DNA from: a virus
Taxonomy: Duplodnaviria > Caudoviricetes
Virus record (IMG/VR): IMGVR_UViG_3300028048_000039
Span: 96,001-160,000 of that record
Strand: one strand, 5' to 3'
DNA: 64,000 nucleotides
The notes beneath the pieces were generated by a model that searched no databases, had not been told where the DNA came from, and saw nothing but the letters and a program-made list of their open reading frames with translations. Numbering within the stretch: the first letter of the stretch is position 1; each line of letters opens with the position of its first letter. Shown here piece by piece: positions 18,419 through 27,806 of the stretch. The position numbers and the translations under genes were made by a program.

Positions 18419-20653
18419 TTATTCGGTCTCACCAAAGATTGCATCATCGGTAAATCCAATGGTAATTCCGTTACCATTATCAGTTACCTTAATTTCAGAA
18501 GGAGTACCTGTTACCATTGTTTTAAGAGCATCGTAAATTGCTTGTGTCAATCCACTTCCGTTCAAATAGTTTTCAATGGTTTCAAGTCTGCTTTCGATTG
18601 CACCTATTCTGTTATTTGCATTATTCAAACCAGTAATAACACTACCGGAAAGTTCAAGAAGAGAAGTCATTTGATTTATTACAGCACCAGATAATGCTTC
18701 AACATTGCCTGATAAAGTATTAAATTCAGTAATGTGGCTTTCTACAACACCTGAAAGTTCTTCCGTCTTGCCAGATAATGTTTCTACAGTACCAGAAAGC
18801 TCTTCTATGTTTTCAGCGTTGGTATTAATCTGTCCTGATAAACTTGCAACTTCTTCAGAAAGTCCGCTTACAACACCCTGCAACTCAATGGTTGAAGCAC
18901 TAAGTTCACCTATCGCTTGAACCTTGGCCGCCATATCAACAACCATATTACCAAGTTCAAGGACCCTATCATTAATTCCAGTAACTTCTTCGTGCAATTC
19001 GTATATTGCGGTAGTGTTTCCGCTTATACGTTCATTGAGAACATTTGCCAACTGTTCAAGTTTAGCATTTGTCTCACTGGTAATTGCAGAATAAGAAGTC
19101 TCAACAGAAGTGCGGATTGTTTCTCTAATGCCGCTTGTTCCGATTCCGCTTGGGTCAACCCAAAGGAATTCTTCGTTAGGAGCAATCTCTATTGAAACAA
19201 CACCATCGTTAGTGGTAAGACCATTACCGAAGGCATAGTCAGCCAAGATTTGACTTACAGGAAGAATAGCCCAAGAGTATTTTCCATTAGGTAAAGAGTA
19301 AATAATCTCAATCTGAGCAGGACCAACACCTGGAGTAACTACACCAGTGTCTTCATTAAGACTATCTCCCGCACGTCCTACAACTATTCTGTCAATCTGT
19401 GATTGCTTAGGAATGTTAATCAAGTCTCCAATAGGGGTTTCTTCGCCAACTTTCTCAAGTCTGTATTGTGCAGAATAAATTGGGTCAGGATTAGCGATTG
19501 CCTTAATACGTAATCTATTAGTGTAAGCCTCAGCTTCACCAACAGCAGCGTCTATTGCATTAACGGTATTTCCTGAAAGTTCAGCAATCTTATTGTCGGT
19601 ATATGCTTCAGAAGAAGTTTCCAAATCAGCGATGGCTTGGTCAATTCCATCCATACGGGTATTGCACTCTGCCTTTGCTTCATCGGTATAAGTTCTTGCA
19701 CTTGCATATGCGTTAGCTGTGTATTCTTTTGCTTCGTTAAGAGCAGAAGCGATGTCAGCAGCCAAAGCGGTATCAGCGTTTTCTCTTGCAGTTGCTTCTT
19801 CGGCAATCTTCTCGTCAACATAAGAAGTTGCTTCAGCCTTGGCTGAATCAATAGCGTCTTGAATACCTGCCAACTTGATGCCGTCATTAGATACAGTAAG
19901 GAAAGGTTCGCTTAATGCGTCAATCTTTACTGATACTACGTGTCCGTTCACTTCAAGTCCTGCGGAGAATTCACTTTCAGTGATATACTCCTCAATGTTC
20001 AATCCAACCATCCTAAGGTCACCTGTTTCTACTGAGTAGATAAGGTAAAGATAAGTTGTATAGTCTATTGGTTCGGTATAATGGAAGATATAGTTTCCGT
20101 TTTCGTCTCTGTCATATTCGCCAGTCTCAGGATTTCTTTCAAGTTTTGCATCCTTGTATCCTAACTGTACCCAAACAAGAGCACTGTCCTTGTAAACCTT
20201 AATGCGTTCACCAAGTTCAACACCACTCTGATTTCTGAGAGCATATTCCTCAAGGACATTTGGACTTGATGGTTCAACAGAAACGATTTCAGCGACATTT
20301 TCCTCTACGGAACCTGAAATAACAGAAATCTGTGCCTGAAGGTCATTATCCTTTTCAATTGCCCTCGCAATCTCAGCAGCAATATCATCAGCGTTTTTAG
20401 TAAGTTTCTCGTAAATGTCTGCGGAGTCAATGATGTGATAAGGAGTATGCTCACCATCAACACCAACCGCAAACAAAAGTTGAATGTTATTATTCTCATC
20501 ACGATACTTTGCAACCATTGGCTCTGCATACAGACTTTCTCCGAAGTTAATGCACTCCGTTCTTCCTGTATTCACAATGTTCTCAAAATACTCAAGAGCA
20601 AGTTGCCTTGATTCAAAGACTTCATCGTGATGTCTAAATTGTAATCTTTTCAT
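18419..20653 (-). CDS. Putative coiled-coil fibre/structural protein
   Basis: Heptad-like LSGxV/T repeats, AxxYTD repeats; late operon. Confidence 0.6.
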   Translation of the reverse strand: MKRLQFRHHDEVFESRQLALEYFENIVNTGRTECINFGESLYAEPMVAKYRDENNNIQLLFAVGVDGEHTPYHIIDSADIYEKLTKNADDIAAEIARAIEKDNDLQAQISVISGSVEENVAEIVSVEPSSPNVLEEYALRNQSGVELGERIKVYKDSALVWVQLGYKDAKLERNPETGEYDRDENGNYIFHYTEPIDYTTYLYLIYSVETGDLRMVGLNIEEYITESEFSAGLEVNGHVVSVKIDALSEPFLTVSNDGIKLAGIQDAIDSAKAEATSYVDEKIAEEATARENADTALAADIASALNEAKEYTANAYASARTYTDEAKAECNTRMDGIDQAIADLETSSEAYTDNKIAELSGNTVNAIDAAVGEAEAYTNRLRIKAIANPDPIYSAQYRLEKVGEETPIGDLINIPKQSQIDRIVVGRAGDSLNEDTGVVTPGVGPAQIEIIYSLPNGKYSWAILPVSQILADYAFGNGLTTNDGVVSIEIAPNEEFLWVDPSGIGTSGIRETIRTSVETSYSAITSETNAKLEQLANVLNERISGNTTAIYELHEEVTGINDRVLELGNMVVDMAAKVQAIGELSASTIELQGVVSGLSEEVASLSGQINTNAENIEELSGTVETLSGKTEELSGVVESHITEFNTLSGNVEALSGAVINQMTSLLELSGSVITGLNNANNRIGAIESRLETIENYLNGSGLTQAIYDALKTMVTGTPSEIKVTDNGNGITIGFTDDAIFGETE

Positions 20654-20681
20654 TGTTAGTTAATCCAATTTTTTTCAGTTA

Positions 20682-22475
20682 TTAAAATGTACCGAAATTA
20701 AAGAAGTCGTTAGAAACGCTAATCTTAATATCGTTCACTTCATCGCCTTTTGTTGGAATAACCATCTCGCTATCGCTGTCTCCGTTAAGCTCATACTTAC
20801 CAGGTTTAATGTCATTATGGTCAAGGTAAGTTATTCCACTAACAGTAGATGCACTAAATTCGTTAATGGTATTGTCAAGTCTTGCGATTTCTTCTACAGT
20901 CGTTCCACTTAACTCTTCTATTTCTTGGTCAATTGTTTCTAAATGTTCAGTAATGCCTGAAATTACAGGGGCAACGGTCTCAATCCACTCTGTATTGGCA
21001 ATGGTCTGTGCTGAAATCTCAGTTATTGCCTCAGTATTTGCGGAAATCTGCTGTGCCATATTATCTATAATGTCACCAAACTCGTCCTTCAATGCCTTAA
21101 GGGTATCAACAAGGACTCCGTCAATCACTCTCCACTCGTGGTTAGGAATCACCTCATTGCCGTCTTCATATCTTGAAATTACAATTGAATCACCCTCTTT
21201 CATAGGTTTCTTAATCCACTTGTAACCGTCAAACTCGTTCATAAAGTACATTTCCTTTTCTCCTCTGATGTCGCCTGTTGCTGCGGACCATTCTTCTGAA
21301 GTAACACCGCTAAGTTCAGGAGTACTGTCATAAAGGTTTTGTGAAGTCCAAATCTTTGTATAGTCATAATCATCGAATGGACTCTGTATTAAGGTAGTTT
21401 TGTAGTTTTGTCCGAGAATGGTTTCGTACTCGTTGTACTTGCCATAGTCATAATCCTTAACAAGACGGATAGAAAGTCTTGCTTCCTTACCCTTGGTTTC
21501 TTGCTTAACCTTCTTTGAAGAATAATAAACTGATTTTGCATATGCGTTTCCTACACCATCAGTAGTATCAGCCCAGAATGAAGCAAACTTGCTAAATCCT
21601 TCTGCATCATAGTCAGGGTCATCCATCATAGAATCCCTCTGTGCGCAGTTTCCGAGTGGATAAGCATGGAAACCAACGGCATCAACACCTTGTGTTTCAG
21701 GATAAGGAGCCCAAAGCTCATCATTGGACTTCAATGCCTGACCTGCGATTTCACCATACACACCAACGGACATTCCACTATGATTACGGTTCTCCTCACA
21801 TTCAAGTGCGTTAAGGAGTTCATCCCAATCTTCCTTAGTCGGAATTTTCCACTCAGAACTTTCTTCTGCAAGGCGTTCAGTCAAGATGTCAATAGCCTCA
21901 AATGGGTAAAGTCTTCCGAAGTTGTCAACGGTCTCCTTGGTTACAATTCTATATCCAGCACCCTTGTCTGTAGGAAGAGCACTTCCTTCTTTAGTCAAAT
22001 CAAGATATTCAGATGCAGGTACATAGGTTCCTGTCTTTTCCATGTTGGAAAGGCGAAGTGGGTTATAAATTGAACCATCACCATTGATAGTATCGTCAGT
22101 TGCCACCTTATAGTCCTTGCCTGGCACCATAAAGCCATCAAGTTCTTCGGTTTCACCGTTAGGGTACATTACTGTAAGTATGCCTTCCTTCGGGTCATAT
22201 TCAAACGCTGGTTGCCCAATTTTGTCGCCGATAGCAATTACAATTGGTTCATATGCTGGGTCTACACGGGTAATAATGAGGTTATTATCATCATCCATTT
22301 TCACACTCTTGATGTCATAACCACGAAGGAAATAGAAGTTTTTATCGATTTCCTCACCAGTTAATCCGCAATTCTTTGTTACGTCACCCGGAAAATTAGA
22401 AACCAGCTTAAAGTATGTAACACCATTTACTACGATTGTGTTACCATTTCTTAGTTGTATAGTATTTTCAGCCAT
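20682..22475 (-). CDS. Putative structural protein with a FISUMP (Fib_succ_major)-like domain and a coiled coil
   Basis: FGRLYPF...WKIPTKEDWDEL...AGQALKS...GFHAYPLG...FW...LSIRLVKD; late motif at 22516-22525. Confidence 0.6.
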   Translation of the reverse strand: MAENTIQLRNGNTIVVNGVTYFKLVSNFPGDVTKNCGLTGEEIDKNFYFLRGYDIKSVKMDDDNNLIITRVDPAYEPIVIAIGDKIGQPAFEYDPKEGILTVMYPNGETEELDGFMVPGKDYKVATDDTINGDGSIYNPLRLSNMEKTGTYVPASEYLDLTKEGSALPTDKGAGYRIVTKETVDNFGRLYPFEAIDILTERLAEESSEWKIPTKEDWDELLNALECEENRNHSGMSVGVYGEIAGQALKSNDELWAPYPETQGVDAVGFHAYPLGNCAQRDSMMDDPDYDAEGFSKFASFWADTTDGVGNAYAKSVYYSSKKVKQETKGKEARLSIRLVKDYDYGKYNEYETILGQNYKTTLIQSPFDDYDYTKIWTSQNLYDSTPELSGVTSEEWSAATGDIRGEKEMYFMNEFDGYKWIKKPMKEGDSIVISRYEDGNEVIPNHEWRVIDGVLVDTLKALKDEFGDIIDNMAQQISANTEAITEISAQTIANTEWIETVAPVISGITEHLETIDQEIEELSGTTVEEIARLDNTINEFSASTVSGITYLDHNDIKPGKYELNGDSDSEMVIPTKGDEVNDIKISVSNDFFNFGTF

Positions 22476-22510
22476 CTTATATAATATTTTTCAAATTAAT
22501 ATTCCTTATT

Positions 22511-24406
22511 TTAGGATAAATAGTTTCTTATTGCGAAATAGTCTATGTCGCCGTAATAGATTTTGAACGATTTTATGTCCCCAAGGAAGGTTCCACAGAA
22601 ATCTTTCTCAATTGGAAGAACATAGTCTGAAATCTTATAATAATCAGGTAATATCGTTTCAAGGAGCCCAAGTGCTCCACCACCGAGGGAAATACTATAA
22701 GGTACTCCCTCCTGTTTCTGAGATGCCTCATCCAATGCCTTAAAGGTTAATGCTGGTATTTCTTTGCTTATGAAAATGAGGAAACCATTGACATAGAACA
22801 TAATTCTCATCTTCCTAGCCCTCTTGTCACACTTGTCATTGTATGATGGTGGAACAATGGCAAACCTGACGTTAATGCTGTTCCAATCATCTATCTTAAC
22901 CAGTCCAGGTTTTGAATATTCCTCAATTACCTTATACTTACTCTCATTATCGGGGTCATCACAGTCAAGGACACCATAACGATAACCAATAGCACCATCC
23001 TTAGTCACCTTGAGAGCAAAAGCATTGCCCCTAATGTCCTTATAAAGATTGTAATCAATTCCGTTTTCTTCATTGTACTGGTCAATAGTATCAACAGTAT
23101 AGCCAGTTTCAGTTCTATTCATAAGGAGGAAGTAATTGACATTAGGGAGGTTTTTCCTTCCAATGAGCCTTGCCTTAGCACCTTCTTCCCATGTATCAAC
23201 GGTAAATCCACTTGGTGTCCTATCAAAGAGCAAGAACTTATTATCACTCTCAATTTCATAGAAGCCATGGTCGCTAAGTGAATGTCCTTCTGAGTCGGTG
23301 TAATCCTTAGGATTGCTACTTATCTTAACGTCAGAGCCAACATATTCTTCATCAAATGCCTTCTTCCCCTTTCCACAGGTTTCCTTCTGATAATAATCGT
23401 CTGCGTAATAATCTGAGCAATTTCCACTTGGTGAAGGTGGAACTGGACCACAAGTACAGAACAGGTCTGGTTGGTAGTCATATGTCTTTACATAAGTATC
23501 GGCCTTCGTCATAACCATAGTGCCACCCTTGCAAAGTTTGCCAGTGTCAGATGGGTTATAACTGAAATAAGTGTCTCCAACAGCAAAGTACCCCTCTTCC
23601 TTTTCATCCTCTGGTTCATCCAAGAGCCATTCATCAACATCTACAATGTGATTCTGAAGGTCATAAGTTTCTCCGCTCTCTCCACAACCATCAAAGTAGC
23701 CCTCAGTCCTTGCATTATCCTTCTTCATTGTCTCAGTAACGGCAGAAGATGTCTTGTAGAATGGCCAGAACTTATTCTCGGCCCTTGTACCAACATAGAA
23801 GAATATGCCCTCATTCTCAGGATGGAGGTGATTAACACTATCAATGTCTACCCCATAATCAGTTCTTGGCCTCAACTCAAAGTGAAATAGTATGTCGTGA
23901 TTAAACCTTTCAGGGAGAACTTGATAATTGAAGCCATCAAGCTTAAAGAAACCCTGATAAAAGCCACCCTTGTAAGCGATGTACTTTTCCTCACCATCAA
24001 CAAGGTACATTGGGTAGTTAAACATCTGTGTATTCCCGGTGATTGGGTTCATGAACAACCTTGTATCGCCAGACGGTATTTCAAACTTGCTTTCGAAGTA
24101 TAACTTTAAGAATTCCTCATTAGAAATCATGTCCTTCCTGAAGTGTATGAAACCGTTGTCCACACCGGTAAGACCAATGTCCTCAAGCTCAACACCATCA
24201 CTGGTCGCCCCACTCCACACCTTAGTTGAATAGAATGTCCCGCTGGCAATGTCAAATGTTGAAAAATCTGCAATTAACAACTCATCAAGGGCCATTGGGG
24301 AAAGTTTAATCACTTCTCCCTTATGAAGCATAAAGTCATAATAGTGGCCTGTGTAGAGTTTGCAATCTAGGGACCTTACATTATTAATATGTATATTCTG
24401 ATTCAT
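22511..24406 (-). CDS. Putative structural protein with LamG/concanavalin-like elements
   Basis: GIFFYVG...MFYVNGFL...SLGGG...FLGDIKSFKIY; late motif at 24426 makes ATG 24406 the likelier start. Confidence 0.55.
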   Translation of the reverse strand: MNQNIHINNVRSLDCKLYTGHYYDFMLHKGEVIKLSPMALDELLIADFSTFDIASGTFYSTKVWSGATSDGVELEDIGLTGVDNGFIHFRKDMISNEEFLKLYFESKFEIPSGDTRLFMNPITGNTQMFNYPMYLVDGEEKYIAYKGGFYQGFFKLDGFNYQVLPERFNHDILFHFELRPRTDYGVDIDSVNHLHPENEGIFFYVGTRAENKFWPFYKTSSAVTETMKKDNARTEGYFDGCGESGETYDLQNHIVDVDEWLLDEPEDEKEEGYFAVGDTYFSYNPSDTGKLCKGGTMVMTKADTYVKTYDYQPDLFCTCGPVPPSPSGNCSDYYADDYYQKETCGKGKKAFDEEYVGSDVKISSNPKDYTDSEGHSLSDHGFYEIESDNKFLLFDRTPSGFTVDTWEEGAKARLIGRKNLPNVNYFLLMNRTETGYTVDTIDQYNEENGIDYNLYKDIRGNAFALKVTKDGAIGYRYGVLDCDDPDNESKYKVIEEYSKPGLVKIDDWNSINVRFAIVPPSYNDKCDKRARKMRIMFYVNGFLIFISKEIPALTFKALDEASQKQEGVPYSISLGGGALGLLETILPDYYKISDYVLPIEKDFCGTFLGDIKSFKIYYGDIDYFAIRNYLS

Positions 24407-24456
24407 ATAAGCACTATTATTTCCCATAAATAGTTCGAAAACGGGAATAATAGAAA

Positions 24457-24492
24457 GAAACGCCACAGATTTTCCTTAATCTATGACGTTCC
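24457..24492 (-). terminator. Terminator (minus strand)
   Basis: GGAACGTCATAGATT/AATCTGTGGCGTTTC stem with G-U pairs, then TTTC. Confidence 0.6.
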
Positions 24493-24514
24493 TAGCAATT
24501 CTCATCGTTGGGTA

Positions 24515-24622
24515 CTACAAGAAATAGATTAATAAGCAAGCAGTCAGGAACTCAACACCAATTACTATTCCGAGGATGTTAATAATCCTTCTTTGTTTCT
24601 TGTACTTATCGTTATCAATCAT
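24515..24622 (-). CDS. 35-aa single-TM protein absent from the ORF track
   Basis: MIDNDKYKKQRRIINILGIVIGVEFLTACLLIYFL*, with late motif at 24641-24650 and a downstream terminator. Confidence 0.6.
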   Translation of the reverse strand: MIDNDKYKKQRRIINILGIVIGVEFLTACLLIYFL

Positions 24623-24749
24623 AATTGTTGATTTTTCTTTATAAATAGTTTGGGAACTAGGATAATTTTTTATATATTAACAATAATACTTAGCATTATT
24701 TATTCTAAGTCTTTTGATTTTTAAATAATTTTTTGTATATTTGTCAAAA

Positions 24750-25796
24750 GTGGAACAGAAAGATTATTATGACATATTAGGACTTGAGAAAGGTGCTACT
24801 ATTGATGAGGTTAACAAGGCATTTAAGAAACTCGCAGTAAAGTGGCACCCAGATAAGTTTGCAACCGCATCTGAAGAGGAGAGGAAGCAAGCTGAGGAGA
24901 AGTTTAAGGACATCTCCGAGGCTCATAACGTATTATCCGACCCACAAAAGAAAGAACTCTATGACAATGGTGGTTTCGACCAGAATAGCATGGGTGGTTT
25001 CAATCCTGAGGACTTTATGAATATGGACCCATTCTCATTCTTCCATGGAGGGCCACGACAGAGGAAGGGAAAGGACGTTAGAACAACCGCCGAGATAACT
25101 ATTGAAGAAAGCTTCCGTGGGGTTAAAAAGAAGGTTAAGATACCAAGGGAAAGACCGTGCGAACATTGTCACGGAACCGGCTCCGAGGATGGAATGGACC
25201 ATACGTGTCCTGAATGTGGCGGTTCTGGTGTTAGCAGTACAAGGGAACAAAGAGGAAATACAATTTATATCAATCAGCATCCTTGCGGAACATGCCATGG
25301 CTTCGGAAAGTTAGTTAATGACCCTTGTCATGAATGCGGTGGAACTGGAAGGATAACTTATTATGATGAGATTGAAGTCGACATCCCAAGAGGTGCTTCA
25401 GATGGAATGACATTTACCCTTCAAGGAATGGGTGAACCAGGACCAGGAGGATTGCCAAATGGAAATCTCTATGTTCAAGTGATTATCAACCAAAATGAAG
25501 GTGATTACTTCGTCATTGATGGGAATAGAAATGTCATTCACATTGAAGAAGTACCATTCAATGAAGCACTTACGGGCACTGAGAGAATTGTGAAGTGTCT
25601 TGATGGAAAGAAAAAGACGTTGAAAATTCCGGAATTGACAAAGGACGATACCTCATTTGTATTAAAGGGCAAGGGACTTCCTAATCCAATGGGCAATGGT
25701 TCCGGAAACTACTATGTCATTGTTAGACATAAGTATCCTAAGAAACTTACAAAGGAAATGAAAGAAGCTTTAAATAATTTTGAAAAATTTGATTGA
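24750..25796 (+). CDS. dnaJ: DnaJ chaperone
   Basis: J domain with HPD, G/F region, four CxxCxGxG repeats, C-terminal domain; GTG 24750 preferred because TTG 24741 lies in the promoter. Confidence 0.93.
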   Translation: MEQKDYYDILGLEKGATIDEVNKAFKKLAVKWHPDKFATASEEERKQAEEKFKDISEAHNVLSDPQKKELYDNGGFDQNSMGGFNPEDFMNMDPFSFFHGGPRQRKGKDVRTTAEITIEESFRGVKKKVKIPRERPCEHCHGTGSEDGMDHTCPECGGSGVSSTREQRGNTIYINQHPCGTCHGFGKLVNDPCHECGGTGRITYYDEIEVDIPRGASDGMTFTLQGMGEPGPGGLPNGNLYVQVIINQNEGDYFVIDGNRNVIHIEEVPFNEALTGTERIVKCLDGKKKTLKIPELTKDDTSFVLKGKGLPNPMGNGSGNYYVIVRHKYPKKLTKEMKEALNNFEKFD

Positions 25797-25797
25797 T

Positions 25798-26142
25798 ATG
25801 GGAAAAGTGGAAAAGATTAGTGAGGAGCAGTACGTCCTCGATTGTATTAATAAGGAATTTGAGCTTTGTGGTTCGGAGAAGAGGTTTGATACGTTTATGG
25901 ACCTGAGTAATTATAGCAAAGAAAACCCACAGTGGTTTGATGAGTGCGAGTTCTCAGACGAAGGAACATATAACACCTGGCTTGAGTATTGTAAGCAGCA
26001 TACTTATGATTGGTTACCTAAGAGAACAACTAAGGCAAGCGTAGAAAATCACGTCTCTTATTTTGCATTGCAGTACGGATTCCCTTGTAGATATGATAGA
26101 GATGAGACAGGTAACGAGGAAAAGACCGAACAAGAAGATTAA
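25798..26142 (+). CDS. Hypothetical protein
   Basis: In-operon ORF. Confidence 0.55.
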   Translation: MGKVEKISEEQYVLDCINKEFELCGSEKRFDTFMDLSNYSKENPQWFDECEFSDEGTYNTWLEYCKQHTYDWLPKRTTKASVENHVSYFALQYGFPCRYDRDETGNEEKTEQED

Positions 26143-26293
26143 AGCATTTGGGATTGAACACTGCAATCAATGCCCATTCCTGAAATTATTTGAAGATGGG
26201 GTTGCCCTATGTAACACAAGTGATGTTGTATTAGACTATGAAGAAATTGATAAGATACCTGTGCCTTCTTGGTGCGGCAATAAAAAATGTTAA
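26063..26293 (+). CDS. Small Cys-rich hypothetical protein (start uncertain)
   Basis: CNQCPF...C...PSWC. Confidence 0.5.
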   Translation: MHCSTDSLVDMIEMRQVTRKRPNKKIKAFGIEHCNQCPFLKLFEDGVALCNTSDVVLDYEEIDKIPVPSWCGNKKC

Positions 26294-26299
26294 GATGCT

Positions 26300-26563
26300 A
26301 TGAAAGAGAAATATGTCGTTAAAAGCGATAGGTATGGTCACAACCATTCTTTCGTTAAAGTAGAGAATGACGAATATGTATTCCTACCAGAGAAGGACTG
26401 GATGCCACTGTACGTCAATTATGAAGAAGATGGTAAAGAAATTTCATTTATTGACACTGAAGGTGGCCCTTGTATTGGAAGGGGATGGAGTAATGATGAG
26501 ATAATCGTTAGTGACATCGTTAAGACGGATAATGACATTCGTTTTAGATTAAGAGAGAAATAA
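26300..26563 (+). CDS. Hypothetical protein
   Basis: In-operon ORF. Confidence 0.55.
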   Translation: MKEKYVVKSDRYGHNHSFVKVENDEYVFLPEKDWMPLYVNYEEDGKEISFIDTEGGPCIGRGWSNDEIIVSDIVKTDNDIRFRLREK

Positions 26564-26650
26564 TTTGTTTTTTTGAAAAACATTTTATATATTTGGTAAA
26601 AACCGAAAATAATAAGGGGAAAGTTCCCCACATTTTAAATTAATTATTTT

Positions 26651-27700
26651 ATGAAAAAATTTATTTTGATGATTGCAGCAGCATTCATTAGTGTATTTGC
26701 TACTGCACAGACTGTACAGAACAGTAAACTTTTTGACAATACCTTTATTGGTATTTATGGCGGTGGCAATACCACCAACCTTACTACCACCCACGAGAAG
26801 TTCTTCTGGGATGGTGCAAAGGACATCGTAAAGGGTGTTCGCCCAGTCGCAGCACTTGAGATTGGTAAATATGTAACCCCAGTGGTTGGCTTCAGCTTTG
26901 AGGGACAGGCACTTTTCAACACTACTAAGTCTAATACATTCATTGACCAGAGTAATGTTATTGCCAATGTAAAGTTCAACCTTTCTAACCTCATTGGTGG
27001 TTATCCAGGACAGCCTCGCTTTGTAGAAGTTGTAGTAGTTCCTGGTCTTGGTTGGGGACACAATTATGGACATACCTATGACCTTGCTAAGTTCGATAAG
27101 AACTATCTTACCTACAAGGCTGGTGCTGAGGTTAATTTCAATGTTGCAGAGAATTGGCAGATTAACATCCGTCCTTCAGCAATTTGGTGGAACTATAATA
27201 ACATGCTGAAGTTCCATTCCAAGAATCTCCAGGCACAGGTTCTCGTAGGTGCTACTTACAAGTTCGGAAATTTCAAGTATTGTCCTTACTCTGTAACCGC
27301 TGCTGAGTACAACACTCTCCAGAACAAGGTAAAGGAGTTGCAGGATGCTCTTGCAAAGAAACCTACCGAGGTTGAGAAAGAGGTTGTAGTTGAGAAGATT
27401 GTTGAGAAAGTAATCGAGAAGGGTGCAAACCAGTACTTCGTTCAGTTCGCAAAGAACAAGTATGACCTCGATGACGCTGCTAAGGCAGAACTCGACCAGA
27501 TTGCTGAGGGTACTGAGGTAGCTGTTGTTGCAACTGCAAGCCCTGAGGGAAGCAAGCTCCGCAACAAGGTTCTCTCACAGAAGAGAGCAGATGCTGTTAA
27601 GGAGTATCTTGAAGGAAGAAAGGTTAAGGTTGTCAGCGCTGAGGGTCTTGGCGTTACCGGTCCAACTTCTAACAGGGTAGCAATTGTAAAGGTTAATTAA
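26651..27700 (+). CDS. OmpA-family outer membrane protein, Bacteroidota type
   Basis: Signal peptide, beta-barrel-like N-domain, C-terminal VQFAKNKYDL...ASPEG...NKVLSQKRADAVKEYL...NRVAIV. Confidence 0.85.
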   Translation: MKKFILMIAAAFISVFATAQTVQNSKLFDNTFIGIYGGGNTTNLTTTHEKFFWDGAKDIVKGVRPVAALEIGKYVTPVVGFSFEGQALFNTTKSNTFIDQSNVIANVKFNLSNLIGGYPGQPRFVEVVVVPGLGWGHNYGHTYDLAKFDKNYLTYKAGAEVNFNVAENWQINIRPSAIWWNYNNMLKFHSKNLQAQVLVGATYKFGNFKYCPYSVTAAEYNTLQNKVKELQDALAKKPTEVEKEVVVEKIVEKVIEKGANQYFVQFAKNKYDLDDAAKAELDQIAEGTEVAVVATASPEGSKLRNKVLSQKRADAVKEYLEGRKVKVVSAEGLGVTGPTSNRVAIVKVN

Positions 27701-27720
27701 GTTTAGCTGTAATCATTAAG

Positions 27721-27757
27721 AAAAAAGACGCACCCGGAATTTCGAGTGCGTTTTTTG
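27721..27757 (+). terminator. Rho-independent terminator
   Basis: GACGCACCCGG-aatt-TCGAGTGCGTTTTTT. Confidence 0.7.
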
Positions 27758-27806
27758 TTGTTTTATTCAAAAATAATTTGTATATTTGTAGAAAAATAAG
27801 AAAGAT

